Assembly: GCF_006345805.1 (NCBI RefSeq)
Contig: NW_021825871.1
Coordinates: 1 to 18,071, forward strand
Length of the DNA stretch: 18,071 bases
Reading direction: 5' to 3'
From: Octopus sinensis
Lineage: Eukaryota
Positions within the stretch are counted from its first letter, which is position 1; each line of letters starts with the position of its first letter. The notes below the pieces were generated by a model that searched no databases, was not told the origin of the DNA, and worked only from the letters and a program-made list of their open reading frames with translations. This document shows, in pieces, positions 1 to 9,868 of this stretch. The position numbers were made by a program, and so were the translations under genes.

Positions 1-14
1 CCGACTGAGGGTCT

Positions 15-470
15 GGAGACTGTGATCAAGAATTTTATGTGAAGAGATTCCTTAAAATCCTTTAAAATGTTTTAGCTCGAAGGCCGCGGCCATGCTAGGG
101 CACCACCGCTGAAATTATATTGCAGCCTACAATAAAACACGTCGGCTAGTCTGTGATGGTCTGGGGGGCTATTTGCATCAATGGTTGATCGGAGCTGATG
201 GACTATGAGGGAAATATAAACTCAGTTAGTGTCCATATTGCAGAAAGGACTCCTTCCAGTCTTCCTATGATGAGGCTGCTTGTCTCTCTGCTAAAATAAT
301 CCAAGATTCGTTGGATGAAAATGGCATTATAAAGCTTCCATAGCCAAGTCAATCACGAGAGGTGAACACTATTGAACACCTCTGGGACACAAAGGATAGG
401 ACACGTCATAAAAAGAACAAGAATGCATCTTCTTCGAAACCAGATCTTTTGAGATTACTGTATGAACGTA
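15..470 (+). pseudogene. Decayed Tc1-like (DD34E-type) transposase fragment, catalytic domain
   Basis: Manual translation with stops and frameshifts: FYVKRF (~32-50), QPTIKHVG*SVMVWGAICING (123-185), ILQKGLLP, DEAACLSAK..LP*PSQSREVNTIEHLWD (~268-388). These match the Tc1 motifs PTVKHGGGSVMVWG, QDNAPCH and WPSQSPDLNPIEHLW. Confidence 0.8.
69..108 (-). mobile_element. Short 3'-tail fragment related to SINE family A (RTE-like tail), interrupting the Tc1 remnant
   Basis: gcggccatgctagggcaccaccg resembles tgtggccatgctggagcaccgcc in the family A tails (10.5, 10.7, 13.2 kb). Confidence 0.5.
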
Positions 471-531
471 TACTTTCAGATTTAAATACATTTTAACCAT
501 TATAAGTGTATCTATCTGATGCTGTCATATC

Positions 532-557
532 TGTGTGTTTGTGTGTGTGTGGAGAGA

Positions 558-618
<61 letters not shown>

Positions 619-625
619 GAGATGC
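532..625. repeat. (GT)n/(GA)n compound microsatellite
   Basis: Direct reading of the sequence. Confidence 0.95.
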
Positions 626-780
626 TGAGAGTGGACAATGAGAAAACACAAATGATTAAAGGTTCACCAAATCTGTTTCAGGTGCGTTTTTTTTTATTTT
701 TTTTGACAGATGAACTGACTACATCGCGGAAAACATAAGCCTTTAAAATTTGGTTCCGAAAATATCAAGATGTGGAATGT

Positions 781-785
781 TTATA

Positions 786-820
<35 letters not shown>

Positions 821-822
821 CT

Positions 823-865
<43 letters not shown>

Positions 866-895
866 TGTGTGTGTGTGCCTGTGTGTGTGTGTGTG
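781..895. repeat. (CA)n/(TA)n/(TG)n compound microsatellite
   Basis: Direct reading of the sequence. Confidence 0.95.
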
Positions 896-1190
896 AATCT
901 TTCTTGCAATCTAGTTGCATTTTAATCTTCAGTTGCTCTTTGTTTCCTCCCGATATAAGCTAAATACAAAACCTGTTTTGAGGGCACCTTTCATGCCTGT
1001 TCGAAGCAGTAACCATTCTAATGCTTAAAACTGTAAATAGTACGTAAATTTTCACTTGGGGCTTCTGCGTGAACAATTTTTGAAAGCAGAGATTGCACAA
1101 AAACAATTATAACTGGTCTTTAAAGATGTATTAAAGTCTCTCTTTGCCTTCTTATTTGGATTACATGTTTGCATATACGTATATATATAT

Positions 1191-1560
1191 AATTTCAACA
1201 ATTGAGGGTAAAATTAATTAATTAATCAATTTCACCAAGTATTCAGTATGCAAAGGGACCCATTTAAAGCGAATTCAAATTATTACTTATATAAAGGGGC
1301 TTAGTAAAATAAATTACTTTGCCGCATACTGAACTCATTAGAAATAGCAGCTAAAAAAACTTTTTTAAAAACTATTTCCAATACTTAAAGAAAACCTCTC
1401 TCATATAGTGTTTGCTCAATTCAACTCACGCAAATATGGGGGTAGTGACATTAAAAAATCAAATGCAAAGGTTATTTGAGAACGTACGTTTCAAGATTAG
1501 TCAACTCGACACTTCTATCATCAGCTCAGAACTCCCTGGTTTGGATTTGAAAACACTGAA
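1191..1560 (-). mobile_element. Non-coding ~370-bp element between (TA)n tracts carrying a hammerhead motif; putative Penelope-like pseudo-LTR / retrozyme fragment
   Basis: Bounded by (TA)n at ~1180-1191 and 1563-1588. Contains a minimal hammerhead with palindromic stem III, a known hallmark of Penelope-like element pLTRs, and an internal long hairpin (1242-1333). Confidence 0.6.
1477..1528 (-). ncRNA. Type I minimal hammerhead ribozyme motif
   Basis: Minus strand reads UGAG-CUGAUGA-UAGAAGUGUCGAGUUGACUAAUCUU-GAAA-CGUAC-GUU-CUCA. Stem I is UGAG/CUCA, both core boxes are intact, stem II is imperfect (AGA/UCU, GUC/GAC), stem III is the palindrome ACGUACGU, and NUH = GUU. Confidence 0.7.
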
Positions 1561-1827
1561 TGTATATATATATATATATATATATATAGTGTACGCGTTG
1601 ATGCAAACGCAGTGATAGACGTATTAATTCAACGTATGTTTACATTGCACTCTGTTTGCAGAAATCGGATCGTGTCCTGGTATAATATGCACAACAGTAG
1701 CTTACACACATTGAATAGCTCCTTTCCAGTTAGTCTGTAAAATAATTACAATCTTTAAACTATCATTGTTTATGGAGTACTTTAATAGACGTTGCTTTGC
1801 GGTACATTCAACTTAAAGTCTGACAGT

Positions 1828-2000
1828 TACACACACACAACACACATACACAACACAACACACACACACGTGTGTGTGCGTGGGTGCGCGTATTTATTAT
1901 ACGTATATACACACATATACATATATTCATATATATATATATATATATATATAGTATAGATATATACATACATACATATGTATATATAGACAAACACATA

Positions 2001-2046
<46 letters not shown>

Positions 2047-2300
2047 TATATAGACATACATATATATGTATGTATAATGGTAACAATTTACATATATACA
2101 ACTATGATAGATCTCTGTGCTATACATAATAAACATAATTACATGTCCATAGAGTACATTTATAGATATATGCATACACGCATACATATAAGATATAGAG
2201 TCTCACAAACATACACAGATATGCATGCACCCTCTACACATATACACACACACATACACACTAACACACACAACACACATATATAAACCCACAGACATAT
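1828..2300. repeat. (CA)n/(TA)n low-complexity tract
   Basis: Direct reading; source of the spurious YI/HT-rich ORFs. Confidence 0.9.
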
Positions 2301-2704
2301 AACATGTGGAAAAACATCAACTATATCACCAAGAAAATATGAGGTGTGCTTAAAAGGCGGTCGTGTCAGCTGGATATAAAATAACAAATAAAAGGGGATG
2401 AAGTGGAGTGGGACTTGAGATGTTGCAGATAAAAATCATAAACTGTGATGAAAAGATTTCTTAAGGACAGCCAACCTCTGGGAGAAAAAAATATACAGGA
2501 AGGAAAATGATAGTTGTATAGAGAATTATAGAGACAATTTGTATAGAGGAAACAACGGTATGTGTGTTTGAGAGAGAGAGAGTATGTGTGTGTGTATGCA
2601 TGTATACTTATGTATATATATATATAGAGAGAGAGACACACACAGACAGACAGACAGAAAGAGAGGCACATAGACAAATGAAAAGAGGCAGACAGAGACA
2701 GAGG

Positions 2705-2757
<53 letters not shown>

Positions 2758-2778
2758 TATAGATAGATAGATAGATAG

Positions 2779-2827
<49 letters not shown>

Positions 2828-2840
2828 CGATGGATAGATA
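2705..2840. repeat. (GATA)n tetranucleotide microsatellite
   Basis: About 30 GATA units with few interruptions. Confidence 0.95.
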
Positions 2841-2849
2841 GTGTGAATT

Positions 2850-3162
2850 TGTTATACTCAGTGTATAAAATGGAGTGACGTTGTTGGCTAAAATGACTTT
2901 AAAATAGAAACCGTTTAATCAGCTCCAAAAGACTTTTGAACAAACTTTAAAATCCATCAAAAGATGGTGTGATTTGGTTTTTCTCAGATGAGAAAATCTT
3001 TGATCAGCACCAAAAGACTAACAGAATGAATGACAAGTGGTTATGTGCAGACCCTTCAGAGGTTCCAAGAGTAATCCACACAAAGTTCCTGCAAGTGTCG
3101 TAGTTTTGGGTCTTGTTTCCAATGAAGAACATGTGATGCCTCCTCACTTTTTTCCCCACGGG
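2850..3162 (+). pseudogene. Tc1/mariner-superfamily transposase fragment (probably DD37D/maT-like), region around the first catalytic Asp
   Basis: Translates NRLISSKRLLNKL*NPSKDGVIWFFSDEKIFDQHQKTNRMNDKWLCADPSEVPRVIHTK(fs)PASVVVLGLVSNEEHVMPPHFFPHG. FSDEK and TKxPASVMV are typical motifs. Truncated by a SINE; the subfamily call is inference. Confidence 0.75.
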
Positions 3163-3314
3163 TTTCTTTCAGTTTCAGTCTACGAAATCCACTCAAAAAC
3201 AATTGGTCAGCGCGAGGTTATGTTCAATGATACTCAGCCAAGGAGCTATGCAGTGGGACTGAACTCCGAACCATGTGGTTGGGCATCAATCTTCTTACCA
3301 CACAGCCCACGCCT
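3158..3314 (-). mobile_element. tRNA-derived SINE family A, head plus central part
   Basis: Minus strand AGGCGTGGGCTGTGTGGTAAG (A-box-like)...GAGTTCAGTCCC (B-box-like); homologous to 13456-13605 and 14864-14917. Confidence 0.8.
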
Positions 3315-3317
3315 AAC

Positions 3318-3591
3318 ATATGTGTGCATATATCTATATATAGATATACATACATATATATATAGATATAAAATATAATCTATATATATGTATTATATAT
3401 TTATATTTATATATATGTATATATATATATATTTATATATATGTATATATTATATGTTCTATATAATATTAATATATATTCTATATTATATATATATCTA
3501 TATATATATATATATATATATCGCATACATACATACAACATACATACATAATAAATACATACATACATACATACATCCTACATACATACAT
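3318..3591. repeat. (TA)n and (CATA)n tract
   Basis: Direct reading of the sequence. Confidence 0.9.
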
Positions 3592-3695
3592 GCGTTGTTT
3601 GTAGGTTTGGATATATAGTGATTTTAAGTTTGTTCATAGCTGAATGACTGCGTAAGTTCCAGAGTAACAAACCCATTGTCGGCTACAGTAAACTA

Positions 3696-4967
3696 CGAGG
3701 GGCGTTCAATAAGTAATGCCCCTGACCCACTTGCATTTGTTTGATCTAGCTGAAATTTTGCATGTGCACTTATTTATACCTCTATAGATGAAGTAGCGAA
3801 TTATAGCTCTGAACTAATTGTGGTTTCTGATTTACAGGTGTTTGAACTGAGTCAAGTGTGAAATAGAGCCTGTTGAGTGTCGAGCAGTGATCCGGTTTTT
3901 GTATTTGAAAGGAACTCACACCCACTGGGACTCTTTTGATGAAATGAAAGTAACTTATGGTGATGATGCCCCATCATATGACCTTTGTAAAACGCTGGCA
4001 TTGTGAATTCAAACATAGTCGGAACTCTGTTGGAGACAGCTTCCCCAAATCTGGTCGCCCGCCCCTTCTGCCATTAATGTGACGTCTGTCCGTCAAGTTG
4101 AGGCTGCCATTTTAAGAAGGTCAACGCATAACTATTCGCCAATAGCCCATAAGGTCAAGATTAGTACCGGGGTCTGTGAAACTATGCAAAGGTGTCTGCC
4201 AGATGGATTTTCCAGGTTGCTCACACCTTTCCAGACGCAAGAACGCGTTGAGTGCTCGAGGATGAATTTGGAGAGTGCCAAGAAGATGAGTCAAAATTTT
4301 TCAAAAGACATGATTACACAGGATAAAACCTAGGTCCATCACTATGATACATAGACCAAAGCCCAGTCATGCAGTGGAAGCACCGTGACTCACCCCTCCT
4401 CCAAAGAAGGCAAGGGTGCAGCCCTCCGCTGACAAGGTTAGCTCACAGTCTTCTGGGACCATGACGGAGTAGTGAATGACAGATTTCCTGGCAAAGGGTT
4501 ACCAACAATTACAGCAGCCTATTATGCTTCACTTTTGAGGAAATTAAGAGAAGCTATCAAAATCAAGAGGCGGGGCAAGATCAGCAAAGGCCATCCTCCT
4601 CCTCTGCAGGACAACGATCCGGTCCACAACTCGCGTGTCGCCAGATCAGAAGCACAGGCGTGCAGCTATGAACTCCTCCCCTTGCACCCCTGATTTTCAC
4701 CTCTTCCCAGCCATGAAGTTGATTTTTGAAAGGAAAGCGTTTCCCATATCCCAGATGATGCAGCCTAGATTTCTGGAGTCACGTCGTGGTTGGAGGACCA
4801 AGCTTGGGTCTTCTACAAAAACGGTCTCCAGAGCTGTATCAAACGATGAGAGAAATGCATAACTCTGGGTAGTTCCTATGTAGGAAAAGACTAATAACTG
4901 TGCCAAGTGTCGTTGCTCTACTGCTATGGGAAGTGGGTCAGGGGCATTACTTATTGAACGCCCCTCG
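3696..4967 (+). mobile_element. Full-length mariner DNA transposon (1272 bp), possibly irritans subfamily
   Basis: Perfect 37-bp TIRs CGAGGGGCGTTCAATAAGTAATGCCCCTGACCCACTT (3696-3732; reverse complement at 4931-4967), TA target-site duplication (3694-3695, 4968-4969) and an internal transposase pseudogene. Confidence 0.95.
3863..4894 (+). pseudogene. Mariner (DD34D-type) transposase pseudogene
   Basis: The putative start reads ATA. Motifs across frameshifts: EPVECRAVIRFLYLKG, GDDAPSYD.VKRW..EFK, SGRP, ARWI.RLLT, ITQDKT*VHHYD, LTVFWD, YYASLLRKLREAIKIKRRGK, LQDNDPVH, LAP.DFHLFP, KCITLGSSYVGKD* (TAA 4892-4894). Confidence 0.92.
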
Positions 4968-4999
4968 TAGTTACTTTACTGTTAAAACCCATCACTTCT

Positions 5000-5265
5000 A
5001 CTATCCCTCTCTCTCTACTATTTTCCCACCTCCTCTCTTATTCTGTGGAGCTCTCCTTTATTCCTTTTCTTTCTCTCTTCTATCTGTTCTATCTTCTTCT
5101 GCATTTCTTTCTTTCTTTACGTATTCCATTCTCCCTTTACCTTGCTTCCATTCTACTTCGGCCTTTTCCTCAGCCCTTCTCAACCGGTTTTCTCTATTTA
5201 ACCCTTCTTCCTTTCGGTATAACGCGACCATCTCATTTCTCCTTTCAGCCTTACTATTCTTGCTT
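5000..5265. repeat. Pyrimidine-rich low-complexity tract
   Basis: Strong C/T strand bias without a clean period. Confidence 0.7.
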
Positions 5266-5412
5266 GACCGGTGACCTGGATACTTGCCTTCAGCTCTGGA
5301 ATACAATCATCTTGAAATATATATACAATCATCTTGCAGTAATATCGTAGGTTGAAGCAAATTTTGTTGTCTTTCAAGACTCGTTACGCTAATAACAATG
5401 ATTTCTTTATTT

Positions 5413-5624
5413 GAGCTGACAGAGTCGTTAGCACGCTGGGCAATATAATTTGTGCTATTTCGTCCGTTTTTACGTTTTGAGTTTAAACGTTGCCGAGATT
5501 GACTTTACCTTTCATTACTTTTGAGGTCGATAAAATAAGCACCAGTTGAATACTGAGGCCGATGTAATCGGCTTACTGCTACCCTGAGCTTGCTGGCCTT
5601 GTGCGAAAATTTGAAATCATTATT
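5413..5624 (+). mobile_element. tRNA-derived SINE family B (diverged copy)
   Basis: gagctgacagagtcgttagcacgctgg...gagtttaaac...gaggtcgataaaataagcaccag...ggccttgtgc...gaaatcattatt; homologous to the copies at 8331, 9387, 9980 and 13789. Confidence 0.8.
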
Positions 5625-5627
5625 TGG

Positions 5628-5866
5628 CAATTGGTTAAATATTTAACCAACTAACTTATCAGTTGTTTGTTTAAGGTGTTACTGAAACAATCAATTAGTT
5701 GTTTGTCTGTCAAATATCTTTCCTCGTTGTCTGCAACCTTTGCCGTCTCAAGACGAAAGCAGGGATTGAGTCACGTGTCACTGAAAAGGTTGCGAACATC
5801 AACGAAAGAACACTGACGGACAAACAATCAAAGGATTAGTCAATTCGCTAGATATTTAACCAATTG
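5628..5866. mobile_element. Degenerate fold-back (inverted-repeat) element
   Basis: Termini caattggttaaatattta (5628-5645) and tagatatttaaccaattg (5849-5866) match 17/18 in inverse. Inner arms are ttgtttgtctgtca..tgcaaccttt / aaaggttgcg..tgacggacaaacaa. The centre resembles the 17.6-17.9 kb fold-back. Confidence 0.65.
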
Positions 5867-5965
5867 ACTTATAATAAAGAAGTGGGATTGAACCTGTGCG
5901 TGTGTTAGCGTAGTCAAAAGCCTTTATCTATATGACATACATATTGCATGTATATCGTTGACATG

Positions 5966-6266
5966 CTGTTGTTTGTGCCCTTCTCGATCCATGTCTGGCA
6001 CATAAGGGCCGGTTTTCCGGTTTCATTCGCGTAAAGGTTCCTCACCTGGACGGGACGCCGGTCTGTCGCCGGTGCGCTGCTAGACGCAGGAGGGAAGAGT
6101 GAAAGTTGTGGCAAAAGAGTCAGAAGTTCGCCATTATCTTCTGCCGAAGCCACGTGGAGCTTAGGTGCTTCGCTCATAAACACACACATCGCCCGGTCTG
6201 AGATTCGAACCCACGATCCCTAGACCACGGGTCTGCTGCTCTAACAACTAGGCCATGAGCCTTCAC
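5966..6266 (-). mobile_element. tRNA-derived SINE family C, apparently full length (~300 bp)
   Basis: Minus strand GTGAAGGCTCATGGCCTAGTTGTTAG (A box ~6244-6255) and a consensus B box GGTTCGAATC (6202-6211). GC-rich body with GCGTCCCGTCCAGG and GAAACCGG, ending in a CAAACAAC tail. Confidence 0.8.
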
Positions 6267-6717
6267 ATCGCTGAAAATTCAGCAGCTGCAAGTGTCATTT
6301 ACAGTAGTAATGTGTTAGAAAACAACTTACTTCAGAGCTTCAGAAACGAAATCGTCCTGAGTGGGAACGCGAGCGCAGCAGATGTGATAATTGAATACTT
6401 ACTTGGGAATAAACCAGACATATAATCATAAAACTAAGTGAAATAAAGCCAATGCTTGTATTTCGTATTCGCTAAATGACCCTCCCAAATATGCCTTTAA
6501 TTTCAGCTCGTAATTACTCGTTGAATATTTTGCGAAAAGAATAAAGTGGTAAAATATAAGTTGGCGAAGCTTCCCGCTTACGATGAACCTGCGGGGGATA
6601 CTCATGAGTTTTATAGAGTTTGCCATACCTCCTGCAGTTCCTATGTCGGGCAAAGTAGCTCTGATGTAAATTACACCAATGAGATATGTATGTATGAATT
6701 CATTCACACAGACGTAC

Positions 6718-7199
6718 TTACACACACACACAAACACACACACATATGTATGTATGTATGTGTGTAAGTATGTATGAATATATGTATGTATGTATGTATG
6801 TATGTGCGTATTTATGCATGTATGTATGTATGTATGTATGTATGTATGTATGTATGTATGTAGACACACATACCCGCACACGCAAATGAATATAAATTGA
6901 ATAGAGAATATATTTTGAAACAAGTGTCCTCAATGTTTCGTCGTATAAGTGTGTGCGTGTCTGCTTATATATGTTTGTGTTTGTGTGCGTATGTATATGT
7001 GTATGTATGTACAAGCACACATAGCAACATACACACATACATATACATATAAGTATGTATATGTAATATATATGATATATGTATTATATATATATATATA
7101 TAGATATATATATAATATACATATTATATAGATAAAAGTATAAATATACAGACGTATAAGTTATCTATATATATATATTTGTATATATATCAATACATA

Positions 7200-7273
<74 letters not shown>

Positions 7274-7381
7274 TATGTATTGATATAAACACTTAAATAC
7301 ACATACACGAATTTGCCTTCCTGTTTATGTCTGTGTGTGTGAGTGTGTGAGTGTGTGTTAGTGTGTGTGTGTATATGTGCA

Positions 7382-7435
<54 letters not shown>

Positions 7436-7465
7436 CGTGTGTGTGTGTGTGTGTCGGTATGCGTA
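6718..7465. repeat. Compound (CA)n/(TATG)n/(TA)n/(TG)n microsatellite region
   Basis: Direct reading; short non-repeat spacers intervene. Confidence 0.9.
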
Positions 7466-7576
7466 CATATATAGTTATACTGCTTTTTATTACATTTTAA
7501 CGTTCAGCTTTATTCTTATCTATTTTTCTCTCTTTTCCCTGTTATTCGTTTCCGTAGTTTAAACCTTCAGTCACCC

Positions 7577-7675
7577 ACTCCTCTCCCCTTCTCTCTCTCT
7601 CTCCTCCTCTCTCTCTCTCTCTCCCTCTCTCTCTCTCTCCCTCTCTCTCTCTCTCTCTTTCTGCCTTTGTCTCTC
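7577..7675. repeat. (CT)n microsatellite
   Basis: Direct reading of the sequence. Confidence 0.95.
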
Positions 7676-8024
7676 CATCACGTCTCTACTCCACCCATTT
7701 CAGATTGATAGGAGGTGGTTAAGTTTTAAGTAGTGGAGGCGGTCTGAAATGATAAGAAACTCTTCGTTCAGTTGTGTTTCGCTGATACTAAAAGACATTT
7801 AAGAAGAATTCTTGAATCACTACTTGTCCGTTCGCAAAACTCTAAATTGTCAGTGGATCTCGTTTTCAGAAGGTTTTCTTTCAAACCACATCTTGATCCA
7901 AATTGTATTTCCATTTAAGACCATATCAATCTAAAACCATTTATGCTCGTATTTTCATTAGTTTTGTTCGTATAGTTAAAACGTTTCTCGACGATTTTCT
8001 ACTCATCGCCTTCGTTATTTTTGT

Positions 8025-8246
8025 TTTTGTTGATGTTGTTGTTGTTAATCTTCTTCTTCTTCTTCTTCTTCTTCTTCTTCTTTCTTCGTCTTCTTCTATT
8101 CTTCTTCTTCTTCTTCTTCTTCTTCTTCTTCTTCTTCTTCTTCTTCTTCTTCTTCTTCTTCTTTCTTCTTCTTCTTCTTCTTCTTCCTTCTTCTTCCTTC
8201 TTCTTCTTCTTTTTCTGTTGTTGCTACATTGCTGTTGTCGTTGTTG

Positions 8247-8308
<62 letters not shown>

Positions 8309-8330
8309 TATTATTAATATTATTATTATT
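8025..8330. repeat. Compound trinucleotide tract (GTT)n-(CTT)n-(GTT)n-(TTA)n
   Basis: (CTT)n 8049-8212, (TTA)n 8250-8330; source of the poly-L/F/E/N ORFs. Confidence 0.95.
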
Positions 8331-8550
8331 AGCGAGCTGGCACAATCATTAGCACGCTGGACAAAATGCTTAATGTTATTTTGCCCATCACTACGTCCCG
8401 AGTTCAAATTCCGCCCAGGTCGAATTTGACTTTCATCCTTTCAGGGTCGATTAAACAAATACTGTTGGAGTCTGTTCAATCGACTTAATCCCCCTCCCAA
8501 AAACTTCCTTTGTGACAAAAGTTTGAAATCATTATTATTATTATTATTAT
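8331..8550 (+). mobile_element. SINE family B with (ATT)n tail
   Basis: gcgagctggcacaatcattagcacgctgg head, B-box-like gagttcaaattcc (8400-8412), tttcatcctttcagggtcgat core and an (ATT)n tail. Confidence 0.85.
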
Positions 8551-9104
8551 TGAGTGAGAGAGTTGTTCATGCCATCAAAGTGACACTGGGGTAAAATATA
8601 CGAAGCCCAATATACCCATCATGACTACCCGTCTGATAAGGGTACACCAGGCACATGCATCACAACCATATGTGCGCGACATGGTGATCTCATATCAAGA
8701 TAAACAGCACATGACCTTGCAGGTGGGGCCCAGTTAGAATTTTCTTCAGGTTGAGTAGCCCATCCCGCTCAAAATGTCCCTGAATAAGGGTTGTTAAGGA
8801 TGTTGAAAGAACCAACCATGTTTCCAGAGGTGAATTATTCAAACCCCAAAAGAATCCCTCTCAACATATGCCTATGATGCTCCCACTACTTCTGCTCGTG
8901 ATCAGAGATGCACATATCGTCAGCCACTAAGGGACATGCTCAACTGGTTAAGGTCAAACAACTGACAAGCAAATCTGTGGTATTGAGCAGAATATTTGCT
9001 GTAGCCCATCTTTTATACCAAGACAGAACAATGTACATGATAATACTTCCAATCAGTTAAGATCAGAAGCCATGAGAGCCACTGCTTGGTACTGCATCAG
9101 GGCA
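8551..9104. mobile_element. 554-bp non-coding insert flanked on both sides by (TTA)n; class unknown
   Basis: Sharp boundaries (tgagtgagagag...tgcatcagggca) within in-register ATT repeats, higher GC than the flanks, no ORF in the track and no TIRs seen. Confidence 0.6.
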
Positions 9105-9226
9105 TTATTATTATTATTATCATATTATATTATTATATTATTATTATTATTATTATTATTAAATTTTATTATTATTATATTATTATTATTATTATAATGA
9201 TTATTATTTCATTATTATTATTATTA
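9105..9226. repeat. (TTA)n microsatellite
   Basis: Direct reading of the sequence. Confidence 0.95.
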
Positions 9227-9386
9227 AAGACTCTAGGCCAGTTCTTAATTACCGGTTAATCTTTACTTGGAAACAGGCAACAACAAATCACCGAAGGTTT
9301 CAAGAATTGCCTTCTCCTCTAACTCAAAGACACAATAATACTCTCCTTAAAATGCGAGCTGTACCCGACAATGCTGTCTTCTGGAT
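9227..9386 (-). mobile_element. 5'-truncated R4/Dong-like non-LTR retrotransposon 3' end (lineage 1)
   Basis: Minus strand 9386-9324 encodes IQKTALSGTARILRRVLLCL*, matching the R4-clade C-terminal motif QKxxLLGTARILR. A ~95-nt 3'UTR runs into (TAA)n. Confidence 0.75.
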
Positions 9387-9603
9387 AAGGCGGCGAACTG
9401 GCAGAGTCGTTAGCACGCTGGACGAGAAATGCTTAGCAGTATTTCGCCTATTGCTAACTTCTGAGTTCTATTTCCGCCGTGGTCGACTTGGCCTTCCATC
9501 TTTAGGGGTCGATAAATTAAGCACCAGCGAAATTATGTTGTCGGCGCAATCAACTAGTCTCCTCACCCAAAAATTCAAACCTTGTGCCTATAATAAAAAA
9601 GGA

Positions 9604-9641
<38 letters not shown>
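9387..9641 (+). mobile_element. SINE family B with (ATT)n tail
   Basis: aaggcggcgaactggcagagtcgttagcacgctgg...ccttccatctttaggggtcgataaattaagcaccag...ccttgtgccta...(ATT)n. Confidence 0.85.
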
Positions 9642-9642
<1 letters not shown>

Positions 9643-9643
<1 letters not shown>

Positions 9644-9868
9644 TTTTTTTTCTTCTTTCAAATTTGTTTCCATTTCTTGCCGGGTGTCTTCCCGACTCCT
9701 AGGGCAAGGAAACTCATAGTATACATTGGTAGGCCATTAAACCAAACTCAATAGTTCGTTCATTTAAAAATATTTTTTTTTTAAGTTAAATTAAAATACA
9801 TGAGCAGCAACAGTTCTCACATCGACAATGCTCTTCTCAATACGTGTGATGTACCAGTTAAGACAATC

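Noticed and set aside
2338-2360. tatgaggtgtgcttaaaagg resembling a mariner TIR start
   Set aside because: No partner TIR or adjacent transposase sequence found.
1808-2387. ORFs rich in YI/HT/CV (also at 3.4, 6.4-7.5, 10.9-12.2, 13.3, 14.8 and 17.5 kb)
   Set aside because: They are translations of dinucleotide and tetranucleotide microsatellites.
6195-6266. tRNA-like sequence with A and B boxes
   Set aside because: There is no proper acceptor stem and it continues into a SINE body; it is a SINE head, not a tRNA gene.
6300-6690. Non-repetitive stretch with possible splice sites and short ORFs
   Set aside because: No convincing acceptor-donor pair and no recognisable protein similarity.
7903-8429. 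Poly-L/F/E/N/Y ORFs (also 9307-10006 and 12116-12513)
   Set aside because: They are stop-free frames of (CTT)n/(TTA)n repeats plus SINE sequence.
8735-8760. CTGAAGA on the minus strand within the 554-bp insert as a possible hammerhead
   Set aside because: No stem II followed by GAAA, and no stem I/III.
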